Part shown: piece after piece, positions 1-8,397 of the stretch | Numbering within the stretch: the stretch's first letter is position 1 | How the letters are laid out: each line of letters begins with the position of its first letter | DNA from: a virus | Taxonomy: Duplodnaviria > Caudoviricetes | Length of the DNA stretch: 41,785 bases | Virus record (IMG/VR): IMGVR_UViG_3300010376_000019 | Coordinates: 1-41,785 of that record | Direction: 5' to 3' (one strand) | Position numbers and translations under genes: made by a program | The notes under the pieces: generated by a model | Databases searched by the model: none | Seen by the model: the letters and a program-made list of their open reading frames with translations, nothing else | What the model was told of the DNA's origin: nothing

Positions 1-123
1 ACGCGCGGGGCCGGGCGATCGGCGTACGGATCGAGACGGCGGTCGTGACGTTCGCGGCGCTGCCCGCCGATGCCACGTCGGGCTGGGTCCGGGCGCCCGG
101 CACCTACTACCTGCTCTGCATGC
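1..123 (+). repeat. Terminal direct repeat, left copy (identical to 41663-41785); probably the circular-assembly overlap
   Basis: ACGCGCGGGGCCGGGCGATC...CTGCTCTGCATGC occurs at both ends, and an ORF reads in frame across the junction. Confidence 0.95.
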
Positions 124-263
124 AGGCGACGCGGAACGGCGCGCGCTACGGGGCGACGCAGCCCGCGCACTACTTCGCCACCGACGCCGAGCGCACGGCC
201 GCCATGACGAAGATGTTCGCGGCGAGCCGGCGGCGGGCGGTGGCGAAGGCGGGGGCGGCATGA
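1..263 (+). CDS. C-terminal part of a hypothetical early protein that starts at 41581 and spans the circular junction
   Basis: The frame of ORF 45-263 continues METTRILTSRK... from 41581 through the repeat; ATGA overlap with the next gene. Confidence 0.75.
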   Translation, partial: ARGRAIGVRIETAVVTFAALPADATSGWVRAPGTYYLLCMQATRNGARYGATQPAHYFATDAERTAAMTKMFAASRRRAVAKAGAA

Positions 264-472
264 CGCCCGCGCAGCGGCGGCAGATTGCGCGGCGGGCGTG
301 CGAGCGCTGCCATCAGGCGCGCGGGAACGTCGGCCCCTGGGACGGCGAAGGCGGCTATCACTGGCGCTGCGGGCCCTGCAAGCTCGCTGTCTGGGATACG
401 CCCGAGCATTGGGCGCAGCTTAAGCGGGACGTCACGCGGGCGTGGCGGGCGATGCTGGGAGTGAAGCCATGA
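260..472 (+). CDS. Small Cys-rich (CxxC...CxxC) putative zinc-binding protein
   Basis: CERC and CGPC motifs; ATGA coupling at both ends. Confidence 0.65.
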   Translation: MTPAQRRQIARRACERCHQARGNVGPWDGEGGYHWRCGPCKLAVWDTPEHWAQLKRDVTRAWRAMLGVKP

Positions 473-759
473 GCGCGCCGATCTGCGACCGCCATCAGGT
501 GGCGCTCGTCTGCCCGTGCTGCCAGGCAGCGCGGGCGGGCGCGGTGGGCGGGCGGGCGACGAGCGCGCGGAAGGCGGCGGCGGCGGCGGCGAACGGAGCG
601 AAGGGCGGGCGGCCGGTGCGGCCGTGCGACGTCTGCGGGACGCGCGAGCACTACTGCACCAACGATCGCTGCCGGGCGTGTCACCGGGCGTATTGCACGC
701 CGGGGGGCAGCACCGGGCGCGGCCACGGGCGGGGCTATCCGCCCACCAGCGCGCGCTAG
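469..759 (+). CDS. Cys-rich protein with a RKAAAAAANGAKGGRP basic motif
   Basis: ATG at 469 overlaps the upstream TGA; several CxxC pairs flank a NGAKGGRP motif common in small phage DNA-binding proteins. Confidence 0.65.
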   Translation: MSAPICDRHQVALVCPCCQAARAGAVGGRATSARKAAAAAANGAKGGRPVRPCDVCGTREHYCTNDRCRACHRAYCTPGGSTGRGHGRGYPPTSAR

Positions 760-1325
760 CGGCGCGCGACGGCGCGGCCGACGGGGGGCGACGGTGCGGC
801 AGCGCCGGCCCGTTCCCGGGGCCGCGCCACCAGGCGGCGGGCCAGCTCGACGGCGCTCGCCAGCTCTTCGGCCGATGGCAGGGGCGGCAGCTCATGCGTG
901 GCCAGTTCCAGGGGCATCGTGGGCCGGCGATGCGTGGTGCGGGCGCCGTAGCGCCAGAGCGCGCGCACCACCGTGCGGGCGGCGTAGTGGCGGAAGGTGC
1001 CGGCGCCGGGGCGGAAGTAGACGGCGGCGCGGAGCAGCGCGGTGAGCGTCTCATCCCAGGCGTCATCGAGATCGAGCTGGCAGCGGCGGGCGGTGGCGGC
1101 GCAGTAGCGGCGGGCCCACGGGACGACGGCCCGGGCGGGGCCGGGCAGGTAGCCCGGGACGGGGAGCGGGGCGCGGGCGCGCAGCCTTACGGCTGCAATG
1201 GGGCCCCCAGCATAGGCGGTGCGGTCGGCCGGCGGCGACGATCTGGGAGCACGAGAGCGATCGTCGCCGCCGCACCGGCTGCTCGGTATCCTGGTGCCAA
1301 CAGGCGCACGGGGGCCTGATAGCAC
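756..1325 (-). CDS. Truncated sigma-70-family protein (region 2 only); start uncertain
   Basis: DLDDAWDETLTALLRAAVYFRPGAGTFRHYAARTVVRALWRY resembles sigma region 2.2-2.4 (DLxQEGxxGLxxAxxxFDPxxGxxFxTYAxxxIxxAI); no region 4 HTH before the stop; the nearest canonical start is GTG at 1325. Confidence 0.65.
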   Translation of the reverse strand: MLSGPRAPVGTRIPSSRCGGDDRSRAPRSSPPADRTAYAGGPIAAVRLRARAPLPVPGYLPGPARAVVPWARRYCAATARRCQLDLDDAWDETLTALLRAAVYFRPGAGTFRHYAARTVVRALWRYGARTTHRRPTMPLELATHELPPLPSAEELASAVELARRLVARPRERAGAAAPSPPVGRAVARR

Positions 1326-1330
1326 GATGT

Positions 1331-1342
1331 GGGCATAGAGAG
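1331..1342 (+). promoter_or_regulatory. GGGCATAGAGAG motif, copy 1 (candidate late promoter or operator)
   Basis: Exact 12-mer also at 6220 and 19637; intergenic, 6 nt before the ATG at 1349. Confidence 0.6.
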
Positions 1343-1348
1343 AAGGGC

Positions 1349-1492
1349 ATGAGTCATCCGAAGCAGCCGACGAAGCAGGAGCAGCAGGGGCACGAGGAGC
1401 CCGCGCCGGAGGGGCCGCCGCCGCCGGGAGGGCCGGACGAGCCGACGGACCCGAACGAGACGGCGCCGAAGAGTGTCGTCTGGGAGCTCTGA
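1349..1492 (+). CDS. Small acidic Pro-rich protein (MSHPKQPT...KSVVWEL, 47 aa; below the ORF-track cutoff)
   Basis: Purine-rich leader before the ATG; stops 3 nt before the next ATG; first gene of the late operon. Confidence 0.55.
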   Translation: MSHPKQPTKQEQQGHEEPAPEGPPPPGGPDEPTDPNETAPKSVVWEL

Positions 1493-1495
1493 GCC

Positions 1496-1684
1496 ATGCC
1501 ATGGATTGACGGCTACGAGACAGTGACGCCCGGGGACAAATCGCCGGGGGCGGCGCCGGGGACGGAAGCGGAGAACGAAGCGCGCAAGAGTCCCGGGCCG
1601 GGCTGGTCCCGGGGCACCACCGAAGGCTGCCGGCCGGGGAGCCCGGGCGGTGGGGAGTCGCCGGAAGAGACGGGCCGCGACTAA
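1496..1684 (+). CDS. Small hypothetical disordered protein
   Basis: Tightly packed ORF between 1492 and 1691. Confidence 0.55.
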   Translation: MPWIDGYETVTPGDKSPGAAPGTEAENEARKSPGPGWSRGTTEGCRPGSPGGGESPEETGRD

Positions 1685-1690
1685 CGGCGC

Positions 1691-2221
1691 ATGGCCGGGC
1701 ACCGCAAAAAGCCCGGCGGGCTTGTCCCGCGCGCCGCGCCGGCCACCGATCTGACGGCGCCGCAGGGCTTAGAAGCCCTCTCGGGCGAGCGCATGGTGGA
1801 CGTCGCGCGGCGCACGCTCGATGCGTCGGATCGGATGCTCGGGACGTGGGACGAGCTCGAACCGATCGCGAAGACGCTCGTCGGGATGGTGCGGGACTAC
1901 GTCGCGCAGAAGAAAGCCGACATCGCGGACGGGGCGAAGCTCTTGGGGCAGGTGGCGAACGTGTCGGCGAAGATCGCGACGGCGGCGACGCAGGTGATGC
2001 GGGCGTCGGAGGGGCAGACGCGGCTGGCGCTGCTCGTCGCCGGCCCGGGCGCCACCCGCCGACCGGCGAGTGAGCAGAGCCAAGCCGAGCTCCTCAGTGC
2101 CATGGTGGCGATCTTCAAGCGGGCGTGGACGGAAACCGGCGTCTGCCCGACGTGTCACGCGACGCAGCCGCTCGTCGTCGCGACGGGGAACGGCGCCGCG
2201 GCGCCGGAAGGGGGCGCGTGA
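1691..2221 (+). CDS. Putative terminase small subunit
   Basis: 176-aa helical protein upstream of terL with a C-terminal CPTC; assigned by position. Confidence 0.5.
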   Translation: MAGHRKKPGGLVPRAAPATDLTAPQGLEALSGERMVDVARRTLDASDRMLGTWDELEPIAKTLVGMVRDYVAQKKADIADGAKLLGQVANVSAKIATAATQVMRASEGQTRLALLVAGPGATRRPASEQSQAELLSAMVAIFKRAWTETGVCPTCHATQPLVVATGNGAAAPEGGA

Positions 2222-2427
2222 TGCCACTGATCCAGCTGATCGTGATCCTGATCGTGATCGGGCTCGTCCTGTATCTCGTCGAAACGCTCTTACCGATCGA
2301 TCCGACGATCAAGCAGATTATTCGGGTTGTTTTGGTCGTCGCGATCATTCTCTGGCTCTTGTCGCTCGTCGGCCTGATCCCGGCGCGCATCACGATGGGC
2401 GCGCCGCCCGGGCGGTTCGTTGGATAA
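2221..2427 (+). CDS. Small two-TM membrane protein (Thivi_2564-like family)
   Basis: MPLIQLIVILIVIGLVLYLVETLLPIDPTIKQIIRVVLVVAIILWLLSLVG fits the recalled family pattern; TGATG coupling. Confidence 0.75.
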   Translation: MPLIQLIVILIVIGLVLYLVETLLPIDPTIKQIIRVVLVVAIILWLLSLVGLIPARITMGAPPGRFVG

Positions 2428-3889
2428 TCTCGACTACGCCGCCGAGATCGTCGACGAATGGGAGCGGCGCGTGTCGCAAGACGCGCTCCGGCACTTCCGC
2501 GACTATGAGCGGCCGTATCCCAAGCAGCGGGACTTCGTCGAAGACGACGACGCCCGCGAAGTGCTTTTCGTTGGCGCCAACCGGAGCGGAAAAACGATCG
2601 GGCTCTGCGCGCGGGTGGCGCGGCGGCTGCGCTCGGGCTCGGCCAAGCTCATTTGGATTGTGTCCCCATCCAACGCGATGTCGCGGCAGAACATCGTGCC
2701 GCAGCTCTACGAAGGCGCGCCCGGGATCACGCCGTTTATCCCGAGCACCGAGATCGAAACCATCCGCACGCAACCGGACCTAGAGGTGATCGGCAAGGAT
2801 GGCTGGCGGTGCGTGCTGAAGAGCTGCGAGCAGGGCCGCGACAAGTTTGCGGGCGCCGCCGTCGATGAAGTGGACTACGACGAACCGCCGACGTGGCCGA
2901 TCTACAACGAATGCGCGATCCGCTTCGGCGCCGGCAAGCGCTGCCTCATTCGGATGGCGGCGACCTTGCTGCCGCCGCCGGGGCAGGCGGGCGGCATCTG
3001 TCAGTGGCTCTGGAGCGAAAAAATCGAGCCCTGGCTCCATGGCCGGGCGCCCGACGATCTGAAGCTGATCAACGTCAAGATGGCGGATAATCCCTACATC
3101 ACCGAAGAGCAGCTCGCGATGGCGCGCCGGCTGTATGCCCGGGACTCGCTGGATTTCCGCATCCGCATTCTCGGCGAGCTGCTGCCCGGGTTGATCGGCG
3201 CCCGCTGTTACGCGGCGTTTGAGCGCCGGCTGCACGTCAACAAGGCTTTGGGCCCGCAGTCCATCGATCCGTTGAAACCCTTGTATGTCGGCGTCGACGT
3301 GAACGTCGATCCCTTGTGCTGCGTGATCGGCCAGCAACACGGCCGCATCTGGCGCGCGCTCGACGAGATCGTCTTGCGGCCCGGCACCATCGGCGAGCTG
3401 GGCGAGCAATTGCGCGAGCGTTACGCGTCGCATCGCCATGAGCTGGTGATCTGCGGCGACGCGATGGCCGATCACGTCCACGCGCAAACCGGCAAAACGG
3501 ATTACGAGCTGCTGTTGGCGTCCATGGTCGGCGGCCCGCGCGTGCGCTTGGCCGTGCCGCCGCAGAATCCGCCCGATCGGAACCGCGTCAACCTGTGCAA
3601 TTTCCTCTTCGGGATCGGCGGCGCCGATGTCCGCATGGAGATCGCGCCAAGCTGCCCGGAGCTGATCGCGGACTTCGAGCAAGTGCTCTGGAGCCCCGAC
3701 GGCGGCCACATCAAGAAGAGCCACAAGAAGGATGATCCGTATTATCAGCGGACGCATCCATCCGACGCGTGGACGTACGTGCTCTGGATGCGCGAAGCGG
3801 CCGCGATCGCGCATGCCGGGAAGCAACCCGTCCGGCGGGCGACGATTCTGCCCCCCGTCTACGGGTTCACGCGGGAATGGGCGCAATGA
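2420..3889 (+). CDS. terL: Terminase large subunit
   Basis: PYPKQ adenine-binding motif, Walker A GANRSGKT, Walker B VDYDEP, DNPYI, RNase H-like nuclease residues GVDVNVDP, ICGD and HPSDAWTY. Confidence 0.93.
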   Translation: MDNLDYAAEIVDEWERRVSQDALRHFRDYERPYPKQRDFVEDDDAREVLFVGANRSGKTIGLCARVARRLRSGSAKLIWIVSPSNAMSRQNIVPQLYEGAPGITPFIPSTEIETIRTQPDLEVIGKDGWRCVLKSCEQGRDKFAGAAVDEVDYDEPPTWPIYNECAIRFGAGKRCLIRMAATLLPPPGQAGGICQWLWSEKIEPWLHGRAPDDLKLINVKMADNPYITEEQLAMARRLYARDSLDFRIRILGELLPGLIGARCYAAFERRLHVNKALGPQSIDPLKPLYVGVDVNVDPLCCVIGQQHGRIWRALDEIVLRPGTIGELGEQLRERYASHRHELVICGDAMADHVHAQTGKTDYELLLASMVGGPRVRLAVPPQNPPDRNRVNLCNFLFGIGGADVRMEIAPSCPELIADFEQVLWSPDGGHIKKSHKKDDPYYQRTHPSDAWTYVLWMREAAAIAHAGKQPVRRATILPPVYGFTREWAQ

Positions 3890-5967
3890 ACGGCCCCGGC
3901 GTCCCGCTCGATCCCGGCGCGCTCTTGGCGACCCGGCCGAACCCGGCGCCGCTGCCGCCGCTCGGCGGGCCGCCCGGCATGGGGAACGGCGCGCCGCCGC
4001 CACCGCCCCAACAGCCGCAGCCGCCCGATCCCTTCGATCCCGAGCAGCTGAAGTACCTGCCGCCGGGCGCCATCCTGCAGGCGCTCGACGACGAGCAGCC
4101 GCTCCCCGACGTCGACGATGCTCTCTTGTTGCAAGCGATGCAGCAAGCCTACGAGACGTCCAAGTCGGCCCGCGAAACGCGCAAGAAACTCAATCGGCGG
4201 AACTGGGATGCGTTCCACGGCAAATTCGAATTCCTGGCGAAGAAGAAGCCGGGGCAATCCGCGGTGGTGATCCCGTCGCTCGAGACGAGCCTCGAGCAAG
4301 TCTGCGCCGAGCTCTCGCAGCAGCTCGTCGGCTTCTCCGAATGGTTCACGGCCACCTACGAAGGCTTGGAGCCCCCGCTCCCCGGGTTAAACGCGAAGGC
4401 CGCGGCGCGGATTCTGGCGACCGAGCTCGAGCGGCTGGCCGTCGAAGGCGACAAGATGCCGACGACCTACGGCATCGGCCGGCTGGTGTATGACTCGATC
4501 AAGCTCGGCTGCATCGAATCGGTGGTGACGTGGAAGGTGCTGATGGCGTCGGAGCCCGTCGCCGAGTATCGCGTCGATCCCGACGGGTCGCTCACCCAAT
4601 ATATGCGGCCGTCGATGCGCCTCAAGATCGATCTGATCCCCTTCGAGGATCATTTTCCCGATCCGTCCCCGGCGCAGCATTACGACATCCACGAAGTCGA
4701 GATCGCGATCGCCGACCTGCCCGAGCTCGGGTTCACGGATGACGAGATCGAGAAGATGCGCCGCGCGTCGCCCGGCATGGAGAAGACCGAGCAGCAGCGA
4801 CGGCGAACAGGCATCACGCCGGGGCTGCGGGCACCACTCCATCGCGTGCTCTTGCGCGAGTATTGGGGCGATCTGATCCATCCGCAGCGCGGCACGCTGC
4901 TCATGCGGAACGTGATGTTCCTGACGGCGGGCGGGACGGCGGTGGTGCGGAAACCCGTCAAGATCCGCGACCTGCTCTGGGCGGGCCGCCGGCCCATCAT
5001 CTCGATCCCGTTGCTGCCGACGCCGACCGCCGAGATGCATCACGCATTCGTCGACATCGCGCGGCCGCTCGTCGAAGCCGAGAGCGAGCTGACGAACCTG
5101 ATGATCGATGCCGGGTTCAACGCCGCGCTCGGCGTGCGGGAAGTCCGGAGCTGGGCGCTCGAAGATCCGAGCGTGGTCGCGAAGGGCCTGACGCCGGGCC
5201 TCGATCTCGATGTCAGCCAAGCGGCGGGCGATATCGATGTCGTCAAGCGCGTCGACACGGGCACGCTGACGCCCGACATGCTGAACGTGCTCGATCGCAT
5301 CGCGCGGATGCGCCAGGAAGCGTTCCGCATCAACGATCTGCAGCTCGGCCGCTTGCCGCAGCGGAAACAGTCGGCGACCGAGATCATGCAGGTGGAAGAT
5401 TCCGGCAACGATCTCTTCTCCAACATCGCGCTCCGACTCGAAGACACCGGCATCGAGCCGCTGCTCGAATTGTGCTGGTTGACGCTCTGGCAATTCGCCG
5501 ATGCCAGCATGGTGACGCGCTGGGGGGCGTATGTCGGCCCGGAGAACGCGCAGACGCTCGCGCTGATGACCCCGCAGGAGCGGTTTGTCTGTTTCGCATC
5601 GTCCGTCTCGTTCAAGGTCCGCGGCTACAAATACCAGCTGCAAGCCGTGAAGAACCTCCAAAAACTGATGATGCTGCGGCAGCAAGCGTCCGCGAATCCC
5701 GCCTTGATGCAGGTGATCACGCAGCGGTTCTCGCCGACGAAGGAATACGCGGTGATCCTGCAGAGTCTGGGCATCGATCCGGCGGACGTCGAGCGCGACC
5801 CGGGCGAGCCGATGCCCGATCCCAATCTGTTGGCCGCGCAAGCGGGCGCGCCCCCGAATCAAGGCGGCGGCGCCGGGGGCCCGGCGAATCCGGCAGCGAA
5901 TCCCGCGGCCGCGTCGGGCGGCCCGCCGCCGAATCCAATGGGCCAGCGGGGCCCGCAGCTGCCGTGA
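3886..5967 (+). CDS. Portal protein
   Basis: About 690 aa directly after terL (ATGA overlap at 3886); SATEI motif typical of podoviral portals; Pro-rich disordered termini. Confidence 0.85.
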   Translation: MNGPGVPLDPGALLATRPNPAPLPPLGGPPGMGNGAPPPPPQQPQPPDPFDPEQLKYLPPGAILQALDDEQPLPDVDDALLLQAMQQAYETSKSARETRKKLNRRNWDAFHGKFEFLAKKKPGQSAVVIPSLETSLEQVCAELSQQLVGFSEWFTATYEGLEPPLPGLNAKAAARILATELERLAVEGDKMPTTYGIGRLVYDSIKLGCIESVVTWKVLMASEPVAEYRVDPDGSLTQYMRPSMRLKIDLIPFEDHFPDPSPAQHYDIHEVEIAIADLPELGFTDDEIEKMRRASPGMEKTEQQRRRTGITPGLRAPLHRVLLREYWGDLIHPQRGTLLMRNVMFLTAGGTAVVRKPVKIRDLLWAGRRPIISIPLLPTPTAEMHHAFVDIARPLVEAESELTNLMIDAGFNAALGVREVRSWALEDPSVVAKGLTPGLDLDVSQAAGDIDVVKRVDTGTLTPDMLNVLDRIARMRQEAFRINDLQLGRLPQRKQSATEIMQVEDSGNDLFSNIALRLEDTGIEPLLELCWLTLWQFADASMVTRWGAYVGPENAQTLALMTPQERFVCFASSVSFKVRGYKYQLQAVKNLQKLMMLRQQASANPALMQVITQRFSPTKEYAVILQSLGIDPADVERDPGEPMPDPNLLAAQAGAPPNQGGGAGGPANPAANPAAASGGPPPNPMGQRGPQLP

Positions 5968-5982
5968 GAAGGGGGGAAGCGC

Positions 5983-6213
5983 ATGACGCTACCGATCGAG
6001 TGGCCGCATCCGACACCCTGGCACGCGACCGGCCATACGCCGCCCGCGGGCCCGCCGGGCCCGGAAGGGCCGGCAGGGCCACCCGGGCCCGCCGGCCCCA
6101 CGGGCCCGCAAGGCGCGCAGGGACCGTCCGGCGCGGGCGTCGCCGCAGGCGGCGCGGCGGGCCAGACGCTCACGAAGAAGAGTGCGGCAGACTTCGATAC
6201 CGAATGGGTCTGA
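5983..6213 (+). CDS. Miniature collagen-like fibre protein (76 aa)
   Basis: GxY repeats followed by GVAAGGAAGQTLTKKSAADFDTEWV, which matches a motif in the tail fibre at 15447. Confidence 0.75.
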   Translation: MTLPIEWPHPTPWHATGHTPPAGPPGPEGPAGPPGPAGPTGPQGAQGPSGAGVAAGGAAGQTLTKKSAADFDTEWV

Positions 6214-6219
6214 GCAGCT

Positions 6220-6231
6220 GGGCATAGAGAG
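6220..6231 (+). promoter_or_regulatory. GGGCATAGAGAG motif, copy 2
   Basis: Exact copy, intergenic, 9 nt before the ATG at 6241. Confidence 0.6.
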
Positions 6232-6240
6232 GCTTTGTAG

Positions 6241-7215
6241 ATGGCCCGCCGTGCTCCAGCTTCTGCCCCCACCCGCACGCAGCCGACGCTCGGCCAGGCG
6301 ACGGGTGGCCGGCCCGGCCGCGTGCCGGGCGTCCCGTCCCCCCGCCAACCCGGCCGCGCCCCTGCGACCGCGGCCGCCCCTGGCGCTCCGACGCCTGCGG
6401 CGCGGCCCGGCCAGGGGCTCGGGTTGGGGCTCGGGCTGAACCGGCAGCAGCAGCAGGCCTTTCAGCGCGCGCAGGCAGCCGGCACGGCGCCCGGCTTTGC
6501 CTACCAGCATCCCGGGATCGCCAACCGGATCAACCGGATGGATCCGACCGGCGCGCAGGCGCAGGCGGTCCAGAATTTCATGTTGACTGGCCAGCGCGGC
6601 CCGGGCGGCTTCAACCGGCCCGCTGGGGCGGGCGGCACGCCGCAGCCGCCCCCAAGCTTCGCCGGGCCGCGGGGAACGCAGGCGGGGGATCAGCTGACGC
6701 CCTACGGCATGAGCCAGCTGGGCGGCATGGCGGGCGGCAACCCGAATCCGTTCGCCGGCTACTCGCCGGGGATGCAGAGCGTCTTAGGCGCACGCTTCCC
6801 TGGTGCCGGCATGGCCAGCCAGGCGGGCGCCATGGGCTATCAAGCCGGGCTCGGCGGCCCGCTCGCGAACATGGGCGCCATGGGTGGCGCCTACGGCTAT
6901 GGCGGCGGCTTCGGCGGCACGATGGGGAACGGCGGCGGCGGCATGAGCCCCTGGGGGATGGCGGGCGGCAACATGGGCGGCGGCTTCGGGCAGTATCCGC
7001 AAGCCGGCGGCGGCATGGGGAGCCAAGGGACCGGCGGCATGTATGGCGGCGCTGGGGCCGGCGGCTATGCCAGCCCAGCGGGCTTCATGTCGAACATGAT
7101 GGGTCAGAGCGGCAATCAGTACGCGACGGGCGGCCAGCAAGCGCGGCTGGCGCAGCAAGCGAACCAACAGCAAGCTGGCCAAGGCCAGGGGCAGCCGCCC
7201 CCGAGCGGCGTATGA
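6241..7215 (+). CDS. Low-complexity G/Q/M/N/aromatic-rich protein
   Basis: 324-aa ORF filling the space between neighbours; almost no acidic residues. Confidence 0.8.
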   Translation: MARRAPASAPTRTQPTLGQATGGRPGRVPGVPSPRQPGRAPATAAAPGAPTPAARPGQGLGLGLGLNRQQQQAFQRAQAAGTAPGFAYQHPGIANRINRMDPTGAQAQAVQNFMLTGQRGPGGFNRPAGAGGTPQPPPSFAGPRGTQAGDQLTPYGMSQLGGMAGGNPNPFAGYSPGMQSVLGARFPGAGMASQAGAMGYQAGLGGPLANMGAMGGAYGYGGGFGGTMGNGGGGMSPWGMAGGNMGGGFGQYPQAGGGMGSQGTGGMYGGAGAGGYASPAGFMSNMMGQSGNQYATGGQQARLAQQANQQQAGQGQGQPPPSGV

Positions 7216-7472
7216 TGCTCGTCAGCGCGAGCCCGAACAGCGGCAGCACGGCGCAGCTCTGCTTGGACGATCCGCACCCGGACCGGCTGAAGAGCGCGTT
7301 CGCCCCCGGGAAGCCGCTCCGCGTGACGCTCGACGCCACCACCGACGAGCTCCGCGTGCGGGACGGGCACGCCGATCTCTCGCTGGCCGTGCATGGCGTC
7401 AGCGTGCGGCCCGAAGGCAAGCGGACCATCAGCGATCTCATCCACGCAAAACAGAAAAGCGCGGTGCGGTAA
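7212..7472 (+). CDS. Hypothetical head-module protein with a C-terminal RTISDLI motif
   Basis: ATGA and TAATG coupling with neighbours. Confidence 0.7.
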   Translation: MMLVSASPNSGSTAQLCLDDPHPDRLKSAFAPGKPLRVTLDATTDELRVRDGHADLSLAVHGVSVRPEGKRTISDLIHAKQKSAVR

Positions 7473-7663
7473 TGCCAGACGATTTCTTACAGGGCTACGA
7501 AGCGACCGATCCGAAAGAGGCGGATGCGCCGAATCGGCCAACGTATCAGACGTACTATCCGCCCGGCACGATGGCCGAGACGGTGAAGGCGCGCTGGAAG
7601 AACGTCCCGAAGGCGTATCCCTTCGGCAAGGCCCGGGATGGCGGCGGGGGTGGGGGCGAGTAA
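7472..7663 (+). CDS. Small hypothetical protein
   Basis: TAATG coupling with the upstream gene. Confidence 0.65.
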   Translation: MPDDFLQGYEATDPKEADAPNRPTYQTYYPPGTMAETVKARWKNVPKAYPFGKARDGGGGGGE

Positions 7664-7665
7664 GT

Positions 7666-8100
7666 GTGGCCCCGATCCGCGGCGGGGCGCTGCCGAAGGC
7701 GCGCCAATGGCTCGAGTGGCTGGCGTGGCATCTCGCCGAGCTGCCTGCCGATCACGGCTGGATCGCGCAGTATCGGGACACGCTTCTCGAGTTGCATCAC
7801 GCGATCGTCACGGCGGCCCGGCGGCTCCGCGGCAACCCGTGCTGGGATCTCCAGGGTTCCATGACGGATGACACGGGCCGCTTAGAGCCGAAAGCTGACG
7901 CGCTGGCGCATCGTGCCACGCAGCTCCGGCTGCGGCCCGACATCCCCGAGCGCTTCCGGCTACTGGTCGACGTGCTCGAGGGCGCCTGTAAGCAGCACGT
8001 CCGCTTGGCGCGCGAGATCGATACGCTGCGCGCCGGGCACGCGCTGGAGATCGAGCTCACCACCGACCGCTTTGGCAAGCAGCTGATCGAAGCGAGCTGA
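7666..8100 (+). CDS. Hypothetical helical protein
   Basis: GTG at 7666 is in the frame of ORF 7393-8100; abuts the next ATG. Confidence 0.65.
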   Translation: MAPIRGGALPKARQWLEWLAWHLAELPADHGWIAQYRDTLLELHHAIVTAARRLRGNPCWDLQGSMTDDTGRLEPKADALAHRATQLRLRPDIPERFRLLVDVLEGACKQHVRLAREIDTLRAGHALEIELTTDRFGKQLIEAS

Positions 8101-8397
8101 ATGGACTTCAACCCGAAGGTGCAGGATCTGATCATGCGTGGCCATGCGTCGCGCTCGATCTTGGACGCCGTCGACGTCTTCTGTACCGGGCTGACCGTCG
8201 AGACGATCGGGCGGCTCAGCGACAGCGTCACCAACCGCACGCTGACGGCCGAGCAGGCGCTCGCCGTCTGCCATGAGATCGCCGCCTATCGCCGGATCGT
8301 CGATCGCCTCAAGCAGGCCGTCACGGCCGGCGAGAAAGCCGAGAAACGTCAGCGGGACGAGCTGGCCACCGCGCGCAGTGAGGAAACCTTCGCATGA
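8101..8397 (+). CDS. Hypothetical helical head-assembly protein
   Basis: Coupled ORF before the scaffold gene. Confidence 0.7.
   Translation: MDFNPKVQDLIMRGHASRSILDAVDVFCTGLTVETIGRLSDSVTNRTLTAEQALAVCHEIAAYRRIVDRLKQAVTAGEKAEKRQRDELATARSEETFA

Noticed and set aside
1-123. Terminal repeat as a biological T7-like DTR
   Set aside because: It falls in the middle of an ORF and is most simply an assembler overlap; read data are needed to say otherwise
1496-7663. Shared GYE motif in two small proteins (1496 and 7472)
   Set aside because: Too short to distinguish from chance
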